DNA of 34,663 nucleotides, taken from assembly GCA_018897875.1 (NCBI GenBank), contig JAHIKF010000156.1:1-34663 (forward strand). Reading direction: 5' to 3'. Position numbers and translations under genes: made by a program. Positions 8,768 to 15,701 of the stretch are shown piece by piece. The notes under the pieces are model-generated. The model searched no databases. It worked only from the letters and a program-made list of their open reading frames with translations, and was not told the origin of the DNA. The stretch comes from Pseudomonadota bacterium (GTDB lineage Bacteria; Desulfobacterota; Desulfobaccia; Desulfobaccales; 0-14-0-80-60-11). Every line of letters starts with the position of its first letter. Positions within the stretch are counted from its first letter, which is position 1.

Positions 8768-9219
8768 GTGGTTACCTCCGCAATTGGCCCGGTGGCCTTG
8801 CCTGTCGCAACTCTGATGGGACTGGGACCCAGTTCCATTATTTTTTCAGTGATCTCCCGGACAATCTCGGCGAACCGCCCTCCCATCCCGGAAGACAGAT
8901 TATACATCGCCAGCCGTTCGCCGCCGACGCCGACTTTGTCCAGGATCTCTTTCACCCGGTTGACCCGTTTTTTGGCGTACAGATTTCCGGCGCTATAGTG
9001 GCAGTCTCCCTCCAGGCAGCCCACCACGATGACCCCGTCGGCCCCGTACTCAAACGCCATCAGCAGGTGCATAATATCCACCTTGCCGGTGCAGGGTACC
9101 TCGATGATGCGCACGTTGGGCGGGTACTGCAATCGCATCGAACCTGCCAGGTCCGCGGCGGAATAAGCTCAGTAGTGGCAGCAAAACCCGACAATCTTCG
9201 GCTCAAACGATTCCATCAT
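8764..9219 (-). CDS. mvhD: MvhD-like (methyl-viologen-reducing hydrogenase delta subunit family) protein with in-frame TGA at 9169-9171 read as selenocysteine
   Basis: The track ORF (8764-9138) starts inside the conserved MvhD N-terminus. Reading the same frame upstream gives ATG ATG GAA TCG TTT GAG CCG AAG ATT GTC GGG TTT TGC TGC CAC TAC TGA GCT TAT TCC GCC GCG GAC CTG GCA GGT TCG ATG, i.e. MMESFEPKIVGFCCHY-U-AYSAADLAGSMRLQYPPNVRII. This matches the family pattern FEPKIV.F.CNWCSYAGADLAG..R.QYPPN.RII, with TGA at the second Cys. A strong SD (TGAGGAG) sits 5 nt before the ATG at 9219, just after the hdrL stop at 9228. Confidence 0.8.
9139..9155 (-). other. candidate SECIS-like hairpin downstream of the mvhD UGA
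   Basis: The mRNA sequence CGGACCU-GGC-AGGUUCG forms a 7-bp stem including one G-U pair, starting 13 nt after the UGA. The position fits a bacterial SECIS, but the 3-nt loop is small and no covariance model was run. Confidence 0.3.
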
Positions 9220-9227
9220 CGGACTCC

Positions 9228-12200
9228 TCAGTATAAGGTTTTGATCTTGGCGCTGATCTGGTCGTCTTCAAAATGGGCCACCTGGATGACCTTGGCCGGA
9301 CATTCCGAGGCGCAGGTGCCGCAGCCCTGACACAGGGCCTCGTTGATCTCCGAGACGTTGTCCCGGTTGATCTGCGGGATGCCGTAAGGACAGGTCCGGA
9401 CGCACACCAGGCAGGCGGCGCACCGGTCCGGCTCCACATGCGCAGTGACCCCGCTGATGGTCTGGTTGACGTCCGCCAGGAACGCCCCGGCCCGGGCCGC
9501 CGCGGCCATGGCCTGGGCGATGCTCTCGCCGATAAGCTTGGGCGAATGCGCCATGCCGCACAGGAAGATGCCTTCCGAGGCAAAATCCACCGGCCGCAGC
9601 TTGGCGTGGGCCTCGATGAAAAACCCGTCGGCGTTCCGGGGGATTTTCAGGAGCGAGGCCAATTCCTCGGTATCATTGGCCCGGGCCCCGGCGCTCAACA
9701 CCACCGCGTCCACGGCCATGCTCACCGGGCGCTCCAGCACATGATCCACAAAGGTGACGCTCAACTGGCCGTTGTCATTAGTAACCTGGGGCAAACGGTC
9801 CGGATCGAACCGGGAAAAGAGCACCCCCTTGTCCCGGGCCTCCCGGTAAAAATCCTCCAGGAACCCATAGGTGCGCATGTCCCGGTAGAGGATCACCACG
9901 TCCATGTCGGGGTTGAGTTCCTTAAGCTGCAAGGCGTACTTCACCGCCCCCTGGCAGCAGATGCGGCTGCAGTTGGGGCTCTCCTCATTCCGGGAGCCCA
10001 CGCACTGCACCATGACCACCCGGTCCCACTTGGCGGCTTCATCCTTCGTTTTATGGAGAAAATCGCCCAGTTCCAATTGGGTCATCACCCGCGCGTGTTC
10101 CCCGTAGAGAAATTCCTTGGGGTGATACTCATGGGCGCCGGTGGCCACCACGGTGATCCCGTGGTCGATTTTCCGCTCGTACATGCCGGGCCCCACCAAA
10201 ACTTCGGTGGTGAAGTTGCCTTTGTAGCCGCTAAACCCCACCACCAGGGCCCCGGTGAGCACCTGGATCTTGGCGTGGCCCTTGACCCGCTCGATGAGCC
10301 CGTCCAGGTAGGCCTGAACGTCCAGGCCCTCGATAGTCTTGTGGACCCGGCGGCCTATGCCGCCCAACTGCGGCTCTTTCTCCAGGAGGATGGTCTCGAA
10401 TCCCTGGTCGCCCAGATTGAGGGCGGCGTTGAGGCCGGCGATGCCGCCGCCGATGACCAGGGCCCGCTGGTTGATGCTCAGGGGCTTTTCCAGCAACGGC
10501 TTGAGCAGGGAGGCCCGGGCCACCGCCATCCGCACCAGGTCTTTGGCCTTGTCCGTGGCCTTGTCGTGCTCCTTCATGTGCACCCATGAATCCTGGTTGC
10601 GGATGTTGGCCATCTCAAACAGATATTTGTTCAGGCCGGCGTCGATCAACGTATCCCGGAACAGGGCCTCGTGGGTGATGGGGGTGCAAGCCGCCACCAC
10701 CACCCGGTTGAGGTTGTGTTCCTCGATGATCCGGGTCATGGTGACCTGGGTGTCCTGGGAGCAGGTGAACAGGTTGTCTTCCACGTACGCCACGTTGGGC
10801 AGCGTCTTGGAGTATTCCGCCAGCGCCGGCACGTCTATGATACCGCCGATGTTGATGCCGCAGTTGCAGACGAACACCCCGATGCGTGGGGCGTCCTCCG
10901 GTTTGATGTCCTTGGGTGTGGGCGCCTGCCGGGTCTTGGTCTCGGTCCAGCGGACGTCCCCCAAAGAGGCGCTCACCGCCCCGGCCGCGGCGGATGCCTG
11001 CATGACCGATTCGGGAATGTCTTTGGGACCCTGCATGGCCCCGCAGACATAGATGCCAGGACGGCTTGCCGTCACCGGCGCCAAGGGCGAGGTGGCCACA
11101 AAATCGTGAGCGTTGGTCTCCACCTTCAGGGTCGCAGACAACTCCCGGGCGCCCTGGCTCACCTCCATGCCCACGGACAGCACGATCAGGTTAAAGGCCT
11201 CGGTCTTCTCGGCGCCGCTTTCATCCACAAACCGGATCTGCAAATCACCATCCGGCAAGGGATCGATGCTGTGGATGCGGGACCGGATAAACCGCACCCC
11301 GTGTTCGTCTTTGGCGCGGTTATAGTAGAGTTCGAAGTCTTTGCCGTAGGTCCGCATGTCCATGAAAAAGATGGCGGCGTCCAGCGGATACGGCGCGTGC
11401 TCCTTGGCGATCACCGCCTCTTTGATGGCGTACATGCAGCAGACCGAGGAGCAGTAGGTGTGGTATTTAACATCCCGGGAGCCCACGCATTGGAGCCAGG
11501 CGATCTTCTTGGGCTCGGCGTGGTCCGAAGGCCGGACCAGGTGGCCGCCGAAGGGCCCGGAGGCCGAGAGAATCCGCTCGAACTCCAGGGAGGTCACCAC
11601 ATTGGGCAAACTGGAGTAATGGTAAGTCTCGCACTTGACGGGACTGAAGGCCTCAAATCCCGGCGACAGGATCACGGCCCCCACCTGAACCTCTTTGGTT
11701 TCGGCGGCCATGGTGTGGTCGATGGCCCCGGCCTGGCAGGCGACGACGCACTGCATGCACTCGGAGCAGACCCCGCAATTGAGGCATCTCGCCGCCTCCC
11801 GCTGGGCCTGGTCCTCGGTGTAACCCTGGGCAATTTCATCAAAGCAGGCGCAGGTATGCTCCGGCGGCAGGGCCGCCATCACTTCCCGGGGCGCGCCGGT
11901 TTCATCTTTGGGAATCTCGGCCCAGCGTTTGTGGGCCTCCTCGCCGATGGCGCGGCCCTCAACCATGTCCACACGCCTAAGATAGCGGTCGATGGATTCC
12001 GCGGCTTCGATGCCGCCTCCCACCGCTTCGATGGCAATCCAGGGGCCGGTGTGCACATCGCCGGCGGCAAAGACCCCGGGCCGGGAGGTCTCGTAGGTTA
12101 CTTCATTGACTTCAATGGTGCCCCAGCGGCTCAGCTTGACGCCGCAGGCCGCTAAAGGCCCCTGGGCCGCTTCCTGGCCGATGGCCGGCACCACCATGTC

Positions 12201-13682
12201 CACCGGCAGTTCGAACTCGGCGCCTTCGATGGGCACCGGCTTGCGCCGCCCAGAGGCATCCGGTTCGCCTAATTCCATCTTTTGACAGATGAGGCCTGTG
12301 ACCTTGCCGTCGTGATCGGTGACCGTTCTCAAAGGCGCGGCCAAATAGACGATCTCTACCCCTTCGCAGGTGGCCTGCTCGACTTCATGAGCAAAGGCGG
12401 GCATTTCTTCCCGGGACCGGCGGTAGACGATGGTCACCTCGGAGCCCAGCCGCCGGGCGGTGCAGGCCACGTCGATGGCCACGTTGCCGCCGCCGATGAC
12501 CGCCAGCCGTTTCCCCACGGTCAGGGGTTCTTTCAGGTTCGCCCGGCGCAGAAATTCCACGCCCTGGATAACGCCCTGGGCCTCCTCCCTGGGAATCCCC
12601 AGGGGTTTGCCCACATGGCAGCCGATCCCCAGAAACACGGCCTTATAGCCTTCTTCCAGCAGCTCATCCAGGGTAAAATCCCGGCCCAGGGCGGTGTCGG
12701 TCTTCAGTTCCACCCCCAGGCGCAGGATGTTGTCGATTTCACGGTCCAGGATGTCCTTGGGCAGGCGGTAGTCGGGGATGCCCACCCGCAGCATGCCGCC
12801 GGCCTTAGGCAAGGCCTCCAGGATGGTGGGCCGGTAGCCTTTCAGCGCCAGGTGATAGGCGCAGGCCAAACCCGCCGGGCCGGAGCCGATGATGGCGACC
12901 CGGTCGCTTTTGGCCTCCACCAGCGGCGGCGAGATGGTGCTCAGGTCCACCTGGTCGGCGGCAAACCGCTTCAGATTGCAGATGGCCACGGACGCATCCA
13001 TTTCGGCCCGCCGGCACTTGTCCTCGCAGGGATGGGGGCAAACCCGGCCCAGGACCCCGGGCAGCGGCAGCCGCTCCATGATGAGCTTCACCGCCTCCTC
13101 GTATTTGCCCATCTTGATCAGCTGGACATAGCCCTGGACATTGATCTCCGCCGGACAGGTCAGGGAGCACGGGGCCCGGTCCAGCTTCTTGATGCCGAAG
13201 GCCGCCGGGATCGCCTGAGGATAGAGGCGATAGACCGCCTTCCAGTCGGCCAGGCCGGCGTTAAAGGCGTCCGACATGGTCACCGGGCAGACGTTGGCGC
13301 ACTCGCCGCACCCGGTGCACTTGGCAGGGTCAACATAGCGAGGCTGTTTCTTCAGGGTGACGCTGAGGTTTCCCGCCTCCCCGTCAATGGCCGCCACATC
13401 GGTGAGAGTGTGAATCTCGATATTCAAATGCCGGCCGCACTCCACCAGCTTGGGGGAGATAATGCACATGGAGCAGTCGTTGGTGGGGAAGGTCTTGTCC
13501 AACTGGGCCATAACCCCGCCGATGGCCGGCTTGGTTTCCACCAGATGAACATAGAAGCCCGAGTTGGCCATATCCAGGGCCGCCTGGATGCCGGCGACGC
13601 CGCCGCCCACCACCATCACCGCGCCCACGTTGCCGGAACGCTGGGTTGATTCCTGAGCCGTCACGTCTTTTTCTTGGGGCAT
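9228..13682 (-). CDS. hdrL: giant HdrA-family fusion flavoprotein (HdrL-like): HdrA-like FAD domain with inserted NfnB/GltD-like NAD(P)H:FAD module, followed by a complete second HdrA unit with C-terminal 2x[4Fe-4S] ferredoxin domain
   Basis: 1484-aa uninterrupted ORF. Unit 1: VVGGGVAGIQAALDMANSG, GGVMAQLDKTFPTNDCSMCIISPK, CTGCGECANVCP. Insert: GRVCPHPCEDKCRR, VAIIGSGPAGLACAYHL, LAVIGGGNVAIDVACTARRLG..VTIVYRRSREEMPA, VFAAGDV. Unit 1 continued: WLQCVGSRD...YCSSVCCMYAIKEA. Unit 2: RIGVFVCNCGINIGG, LVIGGGIAGLNAALNL, MVQCVGSRNEESPNCSRICCQGAVKYA, CAACLVCVRTCP, CQGCGTCASECP. Confidence 0.9.
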   Translation of the reverse strand: MPQEKDVTAQESTQRSGNVGAVMVVGGGVAGIQAALDMANSGFYVHLVETKPAIGGVMAQLDKTFPTNDCSMCIISPKLVECGRHLNIEIHTLTDVAAIDGEAGNLSVTLKKQPRYVDPAKCTGCGECANVCPVTMSDAFNAGLADWKAVYRLYPQAIPAAFGIKKLDRAPCSLTCPAEINVQGYVQLIKMGKYEEAVKLIMERLPLPGVLGRVCPHPCEDKCRRAEMDASVAICNLKRFAADQVDLSTISPPLVEAKSDRVAIIGSGPAGLACAYHLALKGYRPTILEALPKAGGMLRVGIPDYRLPKDILDREIDNILRLGVELKTDTALGRDFTLDELLEEGYKAVFLGIGCHVGKPLGIPREEAQGVIQGVEFLRRANLKEPLTVGKRLAVIGGGNVAIDVACTARRLGSEVTIVYRRSREEMPAFAHEVEQATCEGVEIVYLAAPLRTVTDHDGKVTGLICQKMELGEPDASGRRKPVPIEGAEFELPVDMVVPAIGQEAAQGPLAACGVKLSRWGTIEVNEVTYETSRPGVFAAGDVHTGPWIAIEAVGGGIEAAESIDRYLRRVDMVEGRAIGEEAHKRWAEIPKDETGAPREVMAALPPEHTCACFDEIAQGYTEDQAQREAARCLNCGVCSECMQCVVACQAGAIDHTMAAETKEVQVGAVILSPGFEAFSPVKCETYHYSSLPNVVTSLEFERILSASGPFGGHLVRPSDHAEPKKIAWLQCVGSRDVKYHTYCSSVCCMYAIKEAVIAKEHAPYPLDAAIFFMDMRTYGKDFELYYNRAKDEHGVRFIRSRIHSIDPLPDGDLQIRFVDESGAEKTEAFNLIVLSVGMEVSQGARELSATLKVETNAHDFVATSPLAPVTASRPGIYVCGAMQGPKDIPESVMQASAAAGAVSASLGDVRWTETKTRQAPTPKDIKPEDAPRIGVFVCNCGINIGGIIDVPALAEYSKTLPNVAYVEDNLFTCSQDTQVTMTRIIEEHNLNRVVVAACTPITHEALFRDTLIDAGLNKYLFEMANIRNQDSWVHMKEHDKATDKAKDLVRMAVARASLLKPLLEKPLSINQRALVIGGGIAGLNAALNLGDQGFETILLEKEPQLGGIGRRVHKTIEGLDVQAYLDGLIERVKGHAKIQVLTGALVVGFSGYKGNFTTEVLVGPGMYERKIDHGITVVATGAHEYHPKEFLYGEHARVMTQLELGDFLHKTKDEAAKWDRVVMVQCVGSRNEESPNCSRICCQGAVKYALQLKELNPDMDVVILYRDMRTYGFLEDFYREARDKGVLFSRFDPDRLPQVTNDNGQLSVTFVDHVLERPVSMAVDAVVLSAGARANDTEELASLLKIPRNADGFFIEAHAKLRPVDFASEGIFLCGMAHSPKLIGESIAQAMAAAARAGAFLADVNQTISGVTAHVEPDRCAACLVCVRTCPYGIPQINRDNVSEINEALCQGCGTCASECPAKVIQVAHFEDDQISAKIKTLY

Positions 13683-13724
13683 AATTCTATCCCTTATAAG
13701 CCTGATAAAATTCTCTGGAGTCCG

Positions 13725-14597
13725 CTATAAACCGGCCGCCGCCAGGATCGACGGTAGTTTGTCCTCCCACCCGATGGTGGAGACGAGCACTCCCGGGAAT
13801 CCCTGCTTTTTGACCGCAGCCAGGAATTCCGAGGCGATCTGCACACACTCCCGCACCCGGTCGGAGCTTTTATGAATCCGGGTGACGAAAGCTTCCGGGA
13901 TTTTCATCTCCATGTGGGCGTTGATGTAGCGGGCCATGCCCACACTCTTCAAGAGCATAACCGTGGGGATGATGGCCGCCTGGCGCTTGCCCACCTGATG
14001 CCGGAAATTTTTCAGAACTTCCACGTCGAAAACCGGCTGGGTGGTGAAAAACCGGGCCCCGGCGGCAATCTTTTGATCCAGGTCCGCCAACTCCTGCTTC
14101 AAGGCTCCGGCCTCGCTGGTCACCTTGACGGTGGCGCCCACCAGGAATTGCGGCGACCCTTTGAGATCCACCCCGGCCAGGTCCCGGCCGGTCTGCAAGG
14201 TTTGAATGGCCGCCAGCAAGTCCAGGAGATTTAGGTCGTTAACCGCCTTGGCCTGATGATGGTCGCCATGGGTGATTTCATCGCCGGACACCACCATGAC
14301 ATTGGCAACCCCCAGGGCCTGCGCCGCCAACAGGTCGCCTTGCAGCGCCAGGCGGTTGCGGTCCCGGCAGCAGACCTGCAGCACCGTTTCCAGCCCCTTG
14401 GTCTGCAACAGGAGCGCCCCGCCCAGAGAACTCAAGCGCATCACGGCGTTGTTCATCTCCGGGACCACAAAGGCGTCCACCATGCGTTTGACGCTGGTGG
14501 CGGCTCCCACCATGTCGGAAACATCCGTGCCTTTGGGCGGCTCGATCTCCGCCAGAATGACGAATTCGCCGGAAGTCAATTTCTCTTGTAATGGCAT
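13725..14597 (-). CDS. second methylenetetrahydrofolate reductase family paralog, with no adjacent MetV-like partner
   Basis: 290-aa ORF. MTHFR-like FVILAEIEPPKG, QVCCRDRNRLALQGDLL, VMVVSGDE, RFFTTQPVF. Clearly diverged from the 311-aa metF at 7167-8102. Confidence 0.85.
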   Translation of the reverse strand: MPLQEKLTSGEFVILAEIEPPKGTDVSDMVGAATSVKRMVDAFVVPEMNNAVMRLSSLGGALLLQTKGLETVLQVCCRDRNRLALQGDLLAAQALGVANVMVVSGDEITHGDHHQAKAVNDLNLLDLLAAIQTLQTGRDLAGVDLKGSPQFLVGATVKVTSEAGALKQELADLDQKIAAGARFFTTQPVFDVEVLKNFRHQVGKRQAAIIPTVMLLKSVGMARYINAHMEMKIPEAFVTRIHKSSDRVRECVQIASEFLAAVKKQGFPGVLVSTIGWEDKLPSILAAAGL

Positions 14598-14615
14598 CGC
14601 GGTCCCTCTCTGAGA

Positions 14616-15035
14616 TTATTGGGATGATCGCACCATGGCGTTCGAGATAGCTAAAATCAGATCATCCGGGCCAAAGGAGTTCACATGATAGTAAAAAATC
14701 CCCTGTTGCCGGATACGGCTTTCCTGTTCCGGATTGTTTTCATCCGCAGTAATGATGATGGGCAGCTTGCGGTCCAGGCCCTTGATGATGGAGATGGCCT
14801 CGTAACCCATATCTTCCGGCAGGCGCACATCCATGACCAGCACATTGATCTTTTCACTCTGCAGGGTCATGAGCAGGTCTTTGATGTTGTCCACGGCTTT
14901 GAGCCGGTGTCCCTGTTCGGTGACCCAGAAATCCAGATTCTGCGACAAGGCCCCGCCGCGTTCGGCGATCAACAGTGTGCCACCCTTTTCCGTCATCATT
15001 GGCGTCCCGGAATTCCCGAACCGAGTTACTGCCAC
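14616..15035 (-). CDS. degenerate (pseudo-)receiver domain protein, first gene of the operon
   Basis: Receiver-like fold: VLVMDVRLPEDMG keeps the Asp and PIIITAD keeps the Thr. The N-terminal acidic pair is replaced (LLIAERGG) and the conserved Lys position reads YHVNSF. The start is ambiguous: GTG at 15035 has no SD, and the ATG ATG at 14999 has only a weak SD. Confidence 0.6.
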   Translation of the reverse strand: MAVTRFGNSGTPMMTEKGGTLLIAERGGALSQNLDFWVTEQGHRLKAVDNIKDLLMTLQSEKINVLVMDVRLPEDMGYEAISIIKGLDRKLPIIITADENNPEQESRIRQQGIFYYHVNSFGPDDLILAISNAMVRSSQ

Positions 15036-15238
15036 TGTGATTGGTTGGTAATTGGTTCTTGTTTAAATAATGCAAGGCCTATGCCCTGAAGCGGGCGGCG
15101 GAAACCCCGCGCCCAGACTCATCCTTGGGAAAATAAGTTCAAGCTGTCAGGGGAGAATGCGGGAAGTTTTGGGGCAGAGAAAATAAGGCTACTTACATAT
15201 CTCATTGATATTGCAGCTTTTTAATAGATATGGGTAAA

Positions 15239-15266
15239 ATTGCCACATTTGTTACCATATTGCCAC
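15239..15266. promoter_or_regulatory. direct repeat ATTGCCAC x2 with 20-nt phasing in the operon leader (candidate regulator site)
   Basis: ATTGCCAC at 15239-15246 and at 15259-15266. A third TTTGCCAC is at 15558-15565. No function can be assigned. Confidence 0.25.
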
Positions 15267-15370
15267 GTGGCTCAGGAGGCCTAGGCCCAGGTTTGGTTTC
15301 CGGGCCAGGCGCCCCAGCCGGAGTCTCAATCGCTAAACCAGATGGCTATTAGCTAACCGGAGCCTTTGGT

Positions 15371-15408
15371 GTTCCCCGGCGCTGCCGGCGCCAGGGAACA
15401 ACGGCTAC
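15371..15408. repeat. REP-like hairpin (GTTCCCCGGCGC-tgcc-GGCGCCAGGGAAC) followed by CTAC
   Basis: Imperfect palindrome at 15371-15398, CTAC at 15405-15408. Same design as the other GC hairpins in the window. Confidence 0.4.
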
Positions 15409-15531
15409 GGAAAAAATCTTTTTTTTCTGTCCCCCGAAACCGCGCCAATGGCATCAACACATTGATATAATGCGCTATTTCCCTTCTCACCGCCATACCT
15501 GACGATTCCGCGGGTTTTTCCTCAACCTGCC

Positions 15532-15561
15532 AGATTATTTGACAACCCGCTAGATTATTTG
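15532..15561. promoter_or_regulatory. direct repeat AGATTATTTG x2 with 20-nt phasing (candidate regulator site)
   Basis: AGATTATTTG at 15532-15541 and at 15552-15561, inside the 666-bp non-coding leader. Confidence 0.25.
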
Positions 15562-15643
15562 CCACTGCGCGGCTGCCTCGGACCATCATCTGACACCGGG
15601 CAACACTGTGACGTCACCATATACCAGATTGCAGTCAAAGGGT

Positions 15644-15692
15644 GGCACAGGCTTTCCAGCCTGTGCCGGGGCAGGCTAAAGCCTGCGGCTAC
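15644..15692. repeat. tandem REP-like hairpins with GTAG/CTAC, immediately downstream of trmO
   Basis: GGCACAGGC-tttcca-GCCTGTGCC (15644-15667), GCAGGC-taaa-GCCTGC (15671-15686), CTAC at 15689-15692. The first stem is related to the 5497-5517 hairpin. It may double as a transcription stop for trmO, but no U-tract follows on the minus strand. Confidence 0.45.
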
Positions 15693-15701
15693 AAAAAATA
15701 G

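Noticed and set aside
9203-9583. 126-aa and 97-aa minus-strand ORFs overlapping the 3' end of hdrL
   Set aside because: They are alternative frames of hdrL coding DNA with Arg/Pro/Ser-rich translations. The 9139-9219 gap is better explained by the UGA-containing mvhD 5' end.
503-13649. Long plus-strand ORFs antisense to the real genes (for example 503-1432, 1929-3065, 7089-8222, 8195-8998, 9273-10589, 10671-12155, 12282-13649)
   Set aside because: Their translations are low-complexity (rich in G, R, P, A, H, Q, L) with no family motifs. Each is fully shadowed by a minus-strand ORF with strong domain signatures. This is typical of stop-codon depletion in GC-rich DNA.
15463-15471. Plus-strand extended -10 element TGATATAAT as a promoter for an sRNA
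   Set aside because: There is no -35 element, no downstream plus-strand gene and no intrinsic terminator. It would only produce antisense RNA to trmO. It is recorded in the leader finding but not called as a feature.
15353-15589. 78-aa ORF inside the long leader
   Set aside because: It has no RBS and no recognisable family, and it spans REP-like and direct-repeat sequence. It is probably non-coding.
15036-15701. sigma54 -24/-12 promoter upstream of the metF/hdrL operon
   Set aside because: I checked every TGGC on the minus strand, for example TGGCAAATAATCTAGC, TGGCAATATGGTAACA and TGGCAATTTTACCCAT. None places GC at the required +12 spacing from GG, apart from a GC-only match inside the 15371-15398 hairpin. 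No promoter call is made.
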